Positions 13,301 to 27,388 of a stretch of 64,000 nucleotides of DNA are shown here, piece by piece. Source of the DNA: Octopus sinensis. Taxonomy: Eukaryota. Position 1 is the first letter of the stretch. Every line of letters begins with the position of its first letter. The notes beneath the pieces are model-generated. The model had not been told where the DNA came from and made no database searches. It saw nothing but the letters and a program-made list of their open reading frames with translations. The stretch covers positions 19,158,001 through 19,222,000 of the forward strand of contig NC_043021.1 in the NCBI RefSeq assembly GCF_006345805.1, in the 5' to 3' direction. A program made the translations under genes and the position numbers.

Positions 13301-13997
13301 TAGGTATTTCGTCTGCCATTACGTTCTGAATTCAAATTCTGCCGAGGTCGACTTTGCCTTTCATCCTTTCGGGGGTCGATAAATAAAGTACCAGTTACGC
13401 ACTGGGGTCGATGTAATCGACTTAATACCTATGTCTGTCCTTGTTTGTCCCCTGTATGCTTAGCCCCTTGTGGGTAATAAAGAAATAGATATGTATATAA
13501 GATTAATTCTGTTTTTATATACTGAATTAAAAAAAAGAAAAAGAAAACATTGGCTTACTCTTTTTCTTGACAGGAGAAGTTCCATTTTCTTTATCACTGA
13601 TCTTTTCTTCAGCTTCACTTTCCGAGGACTCACGAACATCAGCAGCAACATCCATCTCCTCCTCCTCCTCTTCAGCCTCTTCTTCTTCACCTTCTGATGA
13701 AAAGGTAAGAAACAAAAATAAAGAAATAAAATTAAGACATTACAGTCAACAAAATAACAAATAAAAAAAAATGCTACAATAATCTCAATTTATAGAAGAA
13801 ACTTGTGACAACTTTTGTATTGAGCGAGGGCTGTGATATAAGCAGAAGAATGGCTATGTGGTAAGGAGTTTGCTTCTTCATCATTCCAGGTTCAGTCCCG
13901 CTGCCTGGCACCTTGGGCAAATGTCTTCTACTATAGCCTCGAGCCGACCAAAGCCTCGTGAGTGGATATGGCAGACGGAAACTGAAAGAAGCCCGTC

Positions 13998-14045
<48 letters not shown>

Positions 14046-15373
14046 GTATGTATGTATGTATGTATGTGTGTGTGTTTGTGTTTGTCCCCCTAGCATTGCT
14101 TGACAACCGATGCTGGTGTGCTTACGTCCCCGTCACTTAGCAGTTCGGCAAGAGACCGATAGAATAAGTACTGGGCTTACAAAGAATAAGTCCCGGGGTC
14201 AAGTTGCTCGATTAAAGGTGGTGCTCCTGCATGGCCGCAGTCAAAAGACTGAAACAAGTAAAAGAGTAAAGAGAGTACATACCTTCGCCTTCTGACATCT
14301 GTGCCAATTTTTCAGGAGGTATATATTCCCCTTCTTCTTCAACAACAAATGGTGATAAATGTGGGGGTAACAGGACCCCCGGGAAGTAGTCTTCGACGGG
14401 GAGCAGTTTCTGTGCATTCACACAATCAAACACCCACTGTGGCTGGACATAATAACTGAAAGCATCAAAGAAGACAGTTCACATTCATGGGATTATATGG
14501 GTGTATATAAGTACAAGGAAAGGTAAAAATTGTAGGTGTAGACGATCTTTTATTCGTAATCCAGGTTGGTACAGATCCAATATAAATTCTGGAGATGTGT
14601 GAAGTGCCGCTCCCAAACAGTTGAAGGTATCAGGGGGAGACGTAGACCCAGGAAGACATGGGATGAGGTAGTCAAGCATGACCTCAGAGCGGCAATGACG
14701 AAGGACCGAGATCTCTGGAGATATGCTGTGACTACAAAGACCCGGGCTGCTTCCTGTACCAGTTCCGCATAGCCCCTGCCCATTCAAAGTACCTTGGATT
14801 TCGGAACAAACCGCTGTGCTTGAGTCAAGTACATGAACATCGAAATAAATATCAATGGAAATAGTAGTTGTGATACCTGTGCCAGTGGCACATAAAAAGC
14901 ACCATCCGAACATGGCCGATGCCAGCGCTGCCTTGACTGGCTTCCGTGCTGGTGGCACATTAAAAGCACCAACTGATTGTGGCCGCTGCCAGACTCCCCT
15001 GGCACCTGTGCCGGTGGCACGTAAAAATCACCCACTACACTCACAGAGTGGTTGGTGTTAGGAAGGGCATCCAGCTGTAGAAACACTGCCAGATCAGACT
15101 GGAGCCTGGTGCAGCCTCCTGGCTTCCCAGACCCCGGTCGAACCGTCCAACCCGTGCTAGCACGGAAAACGGACGTTAAACGATGATGATGTTCATGATG
15201 ATGACATATATCTAAAAAACCACTTCAGCATTACAATTCACGGTATCCTTATACTTCATTTATTGTTTTTGCAAATACTGAATATATATTTTTTATGTAT
15301 ATTCTTTACTTGGACTATAACCGGTGGACTTGGATGTTTGACATCCCTTTCAAGGATTTTGGTCCTCACCTCT

Positions 15374-15409
<36 letters not shown>

Positions 15410-18400
15410 GCTACCGAATAATTGTCACATATTATATTTACAGATAAATTCCTCTATTTAAATAATATTGAGGTCTCTTTCTTTTGTTATCTTACCGTTT
15501 TTACCAATATTTATATACATACACACACACATGTATGTACCAATATATGTGCATGTGTGTAAGTGTCCATTGATTTGCTTTACGCCTGTTTTTCCGTCCA
15601 TCCATTCATTTCCTAACTTGATGGGCAAATAACAAGAAGCCAGCTGACACTAAAAATCTGTAGTGAGACATCTTTATCAATGTACCTGATGAGACCCGGA
15701 CTGATGGGTCGAAACATACGTTGAACCCAATAAAGGTCTATTACTGAATCCATCTCCTATTATTTACATTTGACTGATATTTGTCTTTCATCTTGTTTGT
15801 TGTTGACACAACGTTTCGGCTGATATACCCTCCAGCCTTCTTCAGATGTCTTGGGGAAATTTCGAACCTGGGTTCTCATTCCTAAGGTATTTTTCAATGT
15901 TGCTATTATTATCATTACTATTCAGGTCACTACCTGGAATCGAACTCAGAATCTTGGGGTTAGTAGCCCATGGACATATGACATAGTGGTTAAGAGTGCA
16001 GGCTACTAACCCCAAAATTCCGAGTTCGATTCCAAGCAGTAACCTGAACAATAATAATTATAATAATAATAATATCGAAGAATACCTTAGGAATGAGAAC
16101 CCAGGTTCAAAATTTCCCCAAGACATCTGGTGAAGGTTGAAGGGTATATCAGCTGAAATGTTGTGTTAGCAACAAACAAGATGAGGACAAATATTCGTCA
16201 AAGGTAAATAATTCCTCATCTCTTAAATATAGAACTGTACCATCTCCTATTAATTAATACTATCACCCTAACTGCCACTGCGGACTTCCTGAAGTAGGTC
16301 CAATGGAAGTGTACCACAACTGCAGATGACAACAGGTAGCCTAAACTCTGCTGGTGCCCTAATCAACATTTAAACACACTAATTGAATTATACTTACTTT
16401 TCCTAATTATTTATTATATATATAAAACAAAATAAGAAAATGGAGGAATAGATTTCTTTGAATCATCAACTATCAGATAATACCAATTCATATAATTTAT
16501 TAACTAATTATTTAGATTAAATAGGAACATCCAAATCCAACAGAATAATACAGAATAAAACAATATACATGAATAAGTAAAATAATACCGTTTATGTATT
16601 AGCCTTTCTGGGTACTTTACTGGCAGTATATTAGATAAATGATATCCTATAGTGGGTTACACTCATAACCCCTATCTCGTGTGTGTGTGTGTGTGTATAA
16701 TGACAGCGTCGCCTTACTGGCACTTGTACTGGTGTGCAGGTGACACGTAAAAAAACACGATTTTTTCCAAGGCACCCACTACGCTCTCGGAGTGGTTGGC
16801 ATTAGGAAGGGCATCCAGCTGTAGAAACTCTGCCAGATCAAGATTGGAGCCTGGTGCAGCCATCTGGTTCGCCAGACCTCAGACAAATTGTCCAACCCAT
16901 GCTAGCACAGAAAGCGGACATTAAACAATGATGATGATGATGATGATGATGATTGTGCTGGTGTCACGTGACGGTGGCCATGTAGTGCCACGTTAGAAGC
17001 ACACTCAGAAAAGTGGTTGACGTTAGGAAGAACATCCAGCTGTTGAAACCAGGCCACATCAAACTGGAACCCAGTGCAGCTCTCTGGCTTGCCAGCTCCA
17101 GTCCAACCCCGACCATCCAACCCAGGCCAGCACAGAAAATCGATGTTGAAGGATGATGATGATGATGACAACAATAATGTATGGACATGCATGTATGTGT
17201 TTGTGGGTACCGTTACCAAGTCATCGCAAGATGATTGTAAATGAGCATTAGCCACCATACAAGCAATATTTTTAAAACGACATAGTAGGATAGGTGTGAG
17301 AGGCTGAATCTGGCCAGTTTCAATGCCAAAGGGTTAATGTTAATAAACGTACCGTGATAAATATTTCTTGTCTTGATTTGGTCGATCGACAATCTGATGA
17401 CTAATGGTTTCATCGTCTTCCTGGTACGTGTGTCCAAGACTTCCTGTGTTTGACCAAGACACTTCACCACCAAAAGAACTGCAGGAACAAAAAACAAAAC
17501 GTATTTTAATTGATTAACCCTTTCATTACTAATCCGGCTGAAACCGGCTCTGGCTCTGCAGTACAAATGTCTTGATTCCATAAGTTTTGAATTAAAATCT
17601 TCCACCAAACCTTAGTCACAATTTATGTTCCTAACACTAGCTGAATGATAACTAAGTCATTTTACTAAATTCTTTGTTATATTTAAAATAATTGAGAGAA
17701 AAACAGAGCATCTCAAAATAAATACAGTAGGAAAAGGGTTAACATTTTTATCTTTTATTCTTTTACTTGTTTCAGTCATTCGACTGTGGCCATGCTGGGG
17801 CACTGCCTTGAAGAATTTTTAGCTGAATGAATCAACCCTGGTACTTATTCTATCAGTCTTTTTTGCTGGACTGCTAAGTTACAGGAACATAAACATACCA
17901 ACACTGGTTGTCAAACAGCGGTGGAGGACAAATACACACGAAGACAAAGATATAGATATATACATATATGACAGGCTTCTTTCAGTTTCCATCTACTAAA
18001 TCCACAAACAAGGCACGGTCTGATCAATAAGTACCTGTTGCCAAAGTAACGAAACTAAAGCAGGCAGAATGAAGCCGCTTGGCACAGGCTGACCTTGAAC
18101 TCTGCTGTGTATGAGCATTAAGTTTTAACGTTCTAGCTCACCTCTGCTGTTTACAGCAATGCTTGGAAGGAAGGTGTGTAGTGTGTAATCATCATATTGA
18201 CCATGACAGAGTAAGCTGAGCAGAGAATCTGCATCAAATTTTGCCTACATAAAGTTTTCATCGTTCTTGACACAATCAAGGAGATGTTGTGCAACTGAAA
18301 CCCGGGTGTCTTTTCGGTCAGCTGAAAGCAGTTTGGGCACAAACTTGGCAGATACCCAAATCTTCAGTTCAAGTGACTAGACTGAGTCGTAACTAATCTG

Positions 18401-21400
18401 CACATCTTTTGATAACTCACAGATGGTGATTCGATGATTTCCCCTCACAGCTGCATGTCATTACCTCCATGAGACCCAACACTCAAAAGGAGTTCGGCCA
18501 CTCTGGCCTCCGTGATTTGCATTTTAAAATGTCATTAAAATGTTTGGTGTATCGTACAGGTATAACCAATTTATTGTACATAAATTTTAACAGAGAAATC
18601 TTAAATGGACCCCAGTTGAGAACCACTGCTCTAACTGCTAAGTCATGGGGGATGTAAACAAACCAACACTGGAGTAAAGATTGTTTGCCAACATAACATG
18701 GCAGTCCTGGTTTAGGACTAATGTTGCTGTAATTTAGCCCCAGGAGATATTGTCTCCAGCTGGCTATACAACACAATCTGTGTCCTTATATTTTCGAACA
18801 AGGGAATCTAGCACCCCCACTCAGCTCAAAACAATATCTGTGTATCATGATTTCCGGGTTTTAAGCTGAGTTGGGGTGCTACATTCCCTTGTTCGAAAAT
18901 ATAAGGATACAGATCGTGTTGTATAGCCAGCTAGTGACAATGTCTCCTGGGACTAAATTACAGCAACATTAGTCCTAAACCAGGACTGCCATATTATGTT
19001 GGCAAACAATCTTTACTCCAAAGTACTGATGCTGAATATCTCTCGTTGTGAGATTTACAAATAGTAATTTTCCAAACCAATGCTGATTGACTTACATGGG
19101 TTAACTAGATTTTTACACTTATATGAATACTCTTTTACTTGTTTCAGTCATTTGTCTGCGGCCATGCTGGAGCACTGCCTTTAGTCGAGCAAATCGACCC
19201 CGGGACTTATTCTTTGTAAGCCCAGTACTTTATCGGCCTCTTTTGCTGAACCGCTAAGTGACGGGGACGTAAACACACCAGCATCGGTTGTCAAGCAATG
19301 CTAGAGGGACAAACACAGACACACAAACGCATATATATACACGACAGGCTTCTTTCAGTTTCCGTCTAACAAATCCATTTACAAGGCTTTGGTCGGCCCG
19401 GGGCTATAGCAGAAAACACTCGCCCAAGATGCCACGCAGTGGGACTGAACCCGGTACCATGTGGTTGGTTAGCAAGCTACTTACCACACAGCCACTCCTG
19501 CGCTTACAACATTTTAAACTTATTTATTTTAAAAAATGATCAAAACTTAAAACTTACCGAATGATAAATACCATATATTCTCTTGGAACTTCCCGGTTGA
19601 GAAAGAATTTGAGTCCTTTAAACAGATTTTGAAATCGAAGGAGATTCTTGTATTCCATTTTGGCCATTTCTACTTCGTCTGGATTTTCAGGCTGAAGTTA
19701 AATAAAATTAATAAATTAAAATGACAAAATGGGATGTATGGGTCTTCAAGAATGGTAACTTATAGACCGAGTTGGCACAGTCTTGGATTTGCTGTTTAAA
19801 ACAAGCACTCCAAACTTAAATAGACACAGTTTATTAAATGCATATTCATCAGGCGTGGCTGAGTGGTAAGAAGCTTGCTTCACAACTACATGGTTCCAGG
19901 TTCAGTCCCAGGTTCAGGGGGCACTGGAATCGACCATGTTCAGATGGTGCTTTTTACATACCACTGGCAGGGGGCCCAGTCAGAGGGCACAGGAATCGAC
20001 CATGTTCAGATGGTGCTTTTTACATACCACTGGCAGGGGGCCCAGTCAGAGGGCACAGGAATCGACCATGTTCAGATGGTGCTTTTTACATACCACTGGC
20101 AGGGGGCCCGGTCAGAGGGCAATGGAATCGACCATGTTCAGATGGTGCTTTTTACATACCACTGGCAGGGGGCCCGGTCAGAGGGCAATGGAATCGACCA
20201 TGTTCAGATGGTGCTTTTTACATACCACTGGCACAGGTGCCAGTCAGAGGGCACTGGTATGACGGTGGACAGTAATTAAAAGTCACTTACATTGACAACT
20301 GGAAACTCGTCAATTTCTTCTTCAACATTGTCACCATGTTTCTTCAGCTGTTGAGTCATAGCTGCCAGTTGCTGGAAAGAAATGGCAAAAGAAAGAGATA
20401 AAAAAATAATAAAATCTTATGGTAGGCAGAGATGTGTGGATAGGAAATTCATTTTGGAATCCACCTTATCCCAAGTTCAATCCCACTGCGTGTGTGTGTG
20501 TGTGTGTGTTGTGCTTAACCCTTTCATTACCATATTTCTGTTGAAATAAGGTGATTTTGTTTCAATTAATTTTGTGGTAAGCAGCAGCTTCCCAACTACA
20601 TGGTTCCAGGTTCAGTCTCACAGTGTGGCACCTTGGGCAAGTGTCTTCTACTATGGCCTTGCGAGTGGATTTGGTAGATGGAAACTGAAAGAAGCCTGTC
20701 ATATATGTATGTGTGTGTATATATATGCACATACATATGGCAGTGAGCTGGCAGAAACGTTAGCACGCCGGGCGAAATGCGTAGCCGTATTTTGTCTGTC
20801 ATTACGTTCTGGGTTCAAATTCCGCCGAGGTCGACTTTGCCTTTCATCCTTTCGAGGTCGATTAAATAAGTACCAGTTACGCACTGGGGTTGATGTAATC
20901 GACTTAATCCATTTGTCTGTCCTTGTTTGTCCCCTCTGTGTTTAGCCCCTTGTGAGTACTAAAGAAATATATACACACACACATATATATATATATGCAC
21001 ATACATAGACAGGCTTTTTGTATATGTATATGTTTCTGGGTCTGTATTTGTCCTCCTACCATTGCTTGACAACTGATGTTGGTATGTTTACATCCCTGTA
21101 ACTTAGCGGTTCGGCAAAGGGGACCGATAGAATATGTACTGGGCTTACAAAGAATAAGTCCTGGGGTCAATCTGTTCGACTGAAGGTGGTGCTCCAGCAT
21201 GGCCACAGACAAATGACTGAAACAAGTAAAAGAACTAAGCTGATGTCTGGTACATAAATAAACACGAAATTTCGAAGGAAGGTCCTTAATTTGGATCACT
21301 GTAACCCAGGAAGTTTTATTTGTTTATATCACAGAACCAAGGACAGGTTCAGGCAGATTGGTATCAAAAGAGTGAAGTGTATTTGGGTGAGTGTGTGTGT

Positions 21401-24400
21401 TTATGATAATAGGGGGCTAAAGAAATACAGCCATCACTGTTGTGCTCAATTATTTCCTGTTATTTAGTACCGTAAATCCTCAAGTATAATCCGCATTTCC
21501 CCCCCAAAATTTAAAGGTCAAAATCCCTAGTTAATACGAGGTTAAAAATGAAAAATATTTTCTAAGCAATGTCCGAGTCTCTATTTGCTGTCCGGCAGTG
21601 TTTATTCAGATGCATTTTGTGATGTCAGGCGCGAAAATACCTTAAGCTAAGCCTGAAAGCAATGAAGTCATAAAAGAATCATCCATAACTTGCAGTAAGC
21701 AACATTTATTAAGTATTCAGAATACAGAATAACATGTAACAAAAACATTTTGCAAACATATTTACATTCCCATATATCAGTTAAGAACATCACCATTATT
21801 GTATTATACATGCACGGAAGTTTTTGTTCGACTAGGTGCTGCTGGCTTAATTACGCACGACTCAAGTTAGAGAAGGGGTGCGTATTATACACAAGGTTTA
21901 GGTTTTTCAGAGGTACAGCTCCCTAAAAATCCCCTGCGTATTATACTCAAGGATTTACAATAGTTTCACAAACTGAAACCAATAAAACAGGAACTGCAGG
22001 GTCAGCATTATCAATATAAACTCTTGGCTGTCGGTGGCACTCTACCATGGTTGTTGTCCATTGAGACCAGATTAAAAAAAAATGCGGAGGCAGGTGGTGA
22101 ATGAAGGTAATTGTAACTTACTTCTTCATAAATGTCACTTTCTTCGCTGTCATCAATGACCGGTTGTTTGCTGGTGTTTCCAATGTTAAACTGCAAATAT
22201 AAAGAAAGAGAGAGAGTGTGTATATACATTTGTGTCCATTAACCCTTTCGTTACCGTATTTCTGTTGAGATGCTCTCTGTTTCCTTTAATTACTTTAAAT
22301 ATAACAAAGAATTTAGTAAAATAACTTAGTTATCATTCAGCTAGTATTGGGAACATAAATTGTGACTAAGGTTTGGTGGAAGATTTTAATTTAAAACTTA
22401 TGAAAACAAGACATTTGTACTACAGAGCCAGTTTCAGCTGGGTTGATAATGAAAGGGTGAAGAATTGTTTCTCTATTATATATTTTAACCCTTTTGTTAC
22501 CATATTTATGTTGAGATGCTCTGTGTTTCATTCAATTACTTTTAAATAAAACAAAGAATTTAGTAAAATAACTTAGTTATCATTCAGCTAGTGTTAGGAA
22601 CATAAATTGTGACTAAGGTTTGGTGGAAGATTTTAATTTAAAACTTATGAAAACAAGACATTTGTACTACAGAGCCAGTTTCAGCTGGGTTGATAATGAA
22701 AGGGTGAAGAATTGTTTCTCTATTATATATTTTAACCCTTTTGTTACCATATTTATGTTGAGATGCTCTCTGTTTCATTCAATTACTTTTAAATAAAACA
22801 AAGAATTTAGTAAAATAACTTAGTTATCATTCAGCTAGTATTAGGAACATAAATTGTGACTAAGGTTTGGTGGAAGATTTTAATTTAAAACTTATGAAAA
22901 CAAGACATTTGTACTACAGAGCCAGTTTCAGCTGGGTTGATAATGAAAGGGTGAAGAATTGTTTCTCTATTATATATTTTAACCCTTTTGTTACCATATT
23001 TATGTTGAGATGCTCTGTGTTTCTTTCAATTACTTTTAAATAAAACAAAGAATTTAGTAAAATAACTTAGTTATCATTCAGCTAGTGTTAGGAACATAAA
23101 TTGTGACTAATGTTTGGTGGAAGATTTTAATTTAAAACTTATGAAAACCAGACATTTGTACTACAGAGCCAGTTTCAGCTGGGTTGATAATGAAAGGGTG
23201 AAGAATTGTTTCTCTATTATATATTTTAACCCTTTCGTTACCATATTTATGTTGAGATGCTCTGTGTTTCATTCAATTACTTTTAAATAAAACAAAGAAT
23301 TTAGTAAAATAACTTAGTTATCATTCAGCTAGTGTTAGGAACATAAATTGTGACTAATGTTTGGTGGAAGATTTTAATTCAAAACTTATGAAAACAAGAC
23401 ATTTGTACTCAGAGCCAGAGCCAGTTTCAGCTGGGTTGGTAACAAAAGGGTTAAATTAATCATTTGTTAACCCTTTTGTTACCATATTTCTTTTGAGATG
23501 CTCTGTGTTTCTTTCAATTACTTTTAAATAAAACAAAGAATTTAGTAAAATAACTTAGTTATCATTAAGCTAATGTTAGGAACATAAATTGTGACTAAGG
23601 TTTGGTGGAAGATTTTAATTCAAAACTTATGAAAACAAGACATTTGTACTGAGCCAGAGCCAGTTTCAGCTGGGTTGGTAACAAAAGGGTTAAATTAATC
23701 ATTTGTTAACCCTTTTGTTACCATATTTCTTTTGAGATGCTCTGTGTTTCTTTCAATTACTTTTAAATAAAACAAAGAATTTAGTAAAATAACTTAGTTA
23801 TCATTAAGCTAGTGTTAGGAACATAAATTGTGACTAAGGTTTGTTTGGAGATTTTAATACAGAACTTTTGAAAACAAAGCATTTGTACTACAGAGCCAGA
23901 GGCAGTTTCAGCCAGGTTGGTAACGAAAGGCTGACGTATGTTTACGTTTGGTTTCGTGTACTTTATCTCTTTAGGTGCGCACACTCACCGTCCCATGCAT
24001 TATCTTAGCCATGTTAGGTTACATTGAAGTCATGAGACTAGTAGTAGACCAATGGTATGCGGATACTTTACATGCATAATACCGTGTTTTGAGTTGTACC
24101 ACATGCAAGCTATTTTCTGAACTTGAGCAGAATAACTCGTGCATATATTATGATAAACAGCTTGACATAGTTCGTTTTCATAAACCGGTAGACATAAATG
24201 TACGATGCTATGTTATTGTACTGAAGGTGCATGGCTCAGTGGTTAGAGCGTCGAGCTTACGATTGTGAGGTTGTGAGCTCGAATCTCGTACCGGACTGCG
24301 TGTTGTGTTCTTGAGCAAGACACTTTATTTCACATTGCTCCAGTTCACTCAGCTGTAGAAATGGGTTGCAATGTCACAGGTGCCAAGCTGTATTGACCCC

Positions 24401-27353
24401 TTTGCCTTTCCTTTGGATAACATTGGTGGCATGGAGAGGAGAGGTCAATATGAATGGGCGGCTGCTGGTCTTCCATAAACAACCTTACCCAGACTTGTGC
24501 CTGGGAGGGTAACTTTCTAGGTGCAATCCCATGGTCAGCGTCGTGACCGAAGGGGGTCTCAGAACATTACTGTAACGGTGAACGTAAATAGACGCAAGCT
24601 CATTGGCACTTGTGTATTTGTGTGGCCTCATTAGATAAAAAAAACCGGAGCAGTGTCTCGCATGCTTCTGGTAATACCGACATCAAAGGGTTAAGGGTCC
24701 ATGGAAAATTCTGCCTTACGTGCATTTATTGCAAGAAAGAGCAAAATTAATTTCTCTGTTTTACAAAGTTCATCCTACACGAGTGAATGTTCTCCCCAAC
24801 ACTAACCCTCTTTTACTTGTTTCAGTCATGTGGCTGTGGCCAAGCTGGAGCACCGCCTTTAGTTGAGCAAATCGACCCCAGGACTTATTCTTTGTAAGCC
24901 TAATGCGACAAATAAAATAGGAATTTTGAAAGGGTCTGTCTATAAAACTAGTTTCCAAACATCGAACGGCTATGGGGGTCCACCAGAATTAAATAGGAAT
25001 CAGAAGGGTCGATAGATGGAAAAAAAAAAAAAAAAAAAAAAAAGGTTGAGAACCAAACCAGGGTGTTAAATCAAATATTCTGGCCTTACCTGTGGAGGAT
25101 AATACAAGTTGACAGAATTGTAGAGACGATAATTTGTGAATCCCATCAGGGTTGTGTAAAACTCAACGAATGTTTCCATGATTTTATAATCAACATCTGT
25201 CGCATACTGTGCAATGAAGGAAAAAACAACACTAATTAACAACACTAATTAACATAAGACGGTAATTACCAAAAATTTGGTGGTTATAATAGAATAAGTC
25301 TATAAAGCAGTATCGTTTATGTTCTACTTGTTTCAGTCATTAGACTGCGGCCATGCTGGGGCACTTCTCTGAAGGGTTTTAGTCAGACAAATCAACTCCA
25401 GTAGGTCTTGCTTTTTAAAGCCTGGTACTTATTTTATTGGTCTCTTTTTGCAGAACCACTAAGTTATGGGGATGTAAACAAACCAACACTGGTTGCCAAG
25501 TGGTGGTGGTGGTGGAGGAGTACACACAGAAAGGCACACACATGGAGATATACATACATACACACACACGCACACATATATATATATATTATGGGCTTCT
25601 TTCAGTTTCCATCTACTGAAACTATTCATGAGGTTTTCATTGGTCCAAGGTTATAACAGAACACACTTGCCCAGCATGCCACACAGTGGAACTGAACCCA
25701 GAACCATATGGTTGGGAAGCAAGCTTCTTATCACACAGCCATACCTGTGCCTTTATTTATTTTTTTTTTTGCATTAGCTCAAGATGATTTGAAAAAGCCA
25801 AATTGATAACCAATTGAAAATGCTCTTGCCAGTGAAGATCCCTCATTTACAGAAGGCGTGTGTATGCGTATCCCTACTACTGTCCCTTATCACTTCATCC
25901 TTCCTGATCCACCCCTATTTCCTTCTGTTCACTTCATCCAATTCAATCCCCATCTCTAATCATCCATCACACTTACTTATCCACCCTGCACATCTGTTCT
26001 TCTGTCCTCTCTCTCTCTCTCATTTTCATTTTGTACCTTGACCTCACCCCACCTCACTTCTCTCTCTCTTTCCAGATGGGCAGGTCACGTATTCACCGCT
26101 TCAGCAAGACACCATACCTTCAAACCCCACAGATAAGGTGAGACAGTGTCACGTGACAACTTGCTGGGGCTGCCTGCTGGAGCCTATGCGGCAGGTATTT
26201 AAAGGGAAAAATTTGACAAAACAGTCAGTCACCGGCTGACACTCGCTGACGATACATCGAAGAGGCCAGGGAAGAGAAGAAAGAAGATATGCACCCAACA
26301 CCAGAGCTGAAGACACCTCCGAAAGGGGGGGCCCCGCCACGTCAAAACGGTAGAGGAGTAGGGGCCGAAACCGGACGTGGTTCCTCCTGACGATGTCTTG
26401 CGCTAACTGGATCCTATAAAGGAGCTGTTGTGGTAGCAGACCACGAAACACGGTTGTAATTCCTTCCTTATCCCAGCCAGTTGAGGGAATCTTGCCAGGT
26501 GCATATTTGGTGATTTCACCAGTGCCAGCACCACAAAAAAAGCACCCAGTACACTCTGTGAAGAGGTTGGCATTAGGAAGGGAATCCAGCTGTAGAAACC
26601 ATGAAAGGTGATACTGAAGTGGTTAAATATGACCATTTTAATAGGAGCAGGTTCGAGTGGGGTTTTAACATGAGACCAAGGGCTGTGTCACAGAGATTGT
26701 AATATGAGATTAGGGATAATCCTGTAATGTGACCCTTGTGTGGGTTCTTGTTAAAACAGAGAGAAATACTTACATTGTGAGCAACGGCATGAGGGATCAC
26801 CCAGTTGACTTTAGTTCCTTGAATGTCAGCCTGGAAGTAAATACCTTTGATGGAGATAAACACCTGAAAAATAAAACATTAAACACAAATTACCAACAAA
26901 ATTGTTAACACGTGAAGGTGTATGGCTTAATGGGGGCGGAGAAACTAGGGTTTGCAAGAGTGTGAAGACGGTAAGAGATAGGGGAAATGTGAGGGGAAAG
27001 CAGGCAACACTCAAAGGATTGTGTAGGGCTGAAGGGTTGATGCAAGGCTGGGGATTGCCAAAGGTGTCAGAAATAGAGAGCAAGAGGGATGGTTACCAAA
27101 CCAAATAATTATAATGAAATTAACTTCGTACTGACCTTTCTCAAAGATTTCGAAGCTATTATGTAATGCATAAACTCCACTGCAATGGAAAAAAAAAAAA
27201 AAAGAATTAAGGAAGAAAGAAAAAAAAAATTTATAGTTTTAATATTGAACCTGTTGAGGTAGAATATTTAATGAATTCTTCAAGAGTTGTGGGACAGAAT
27301 CATGATTCACCAGAAGGAAATCTTTTTTTTAATTCTCGCATATCCCTGAAACA

Positions 27354-27388
<35 letters not shown>

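Noticed and set aside
15969-16050. tRNA gene, here and at other SINE heads
   Set aside because: A and B boxes only; no complete cloverleaf, and the heads continue into SINE bodies.
19838-20279. Three overlapping repeat-protein ORFs; the array could also be taken for a CRISPR array
   Set aside because: It is a 66-bp tandem repeat with no unique spacers, in a eukaryotic intron.
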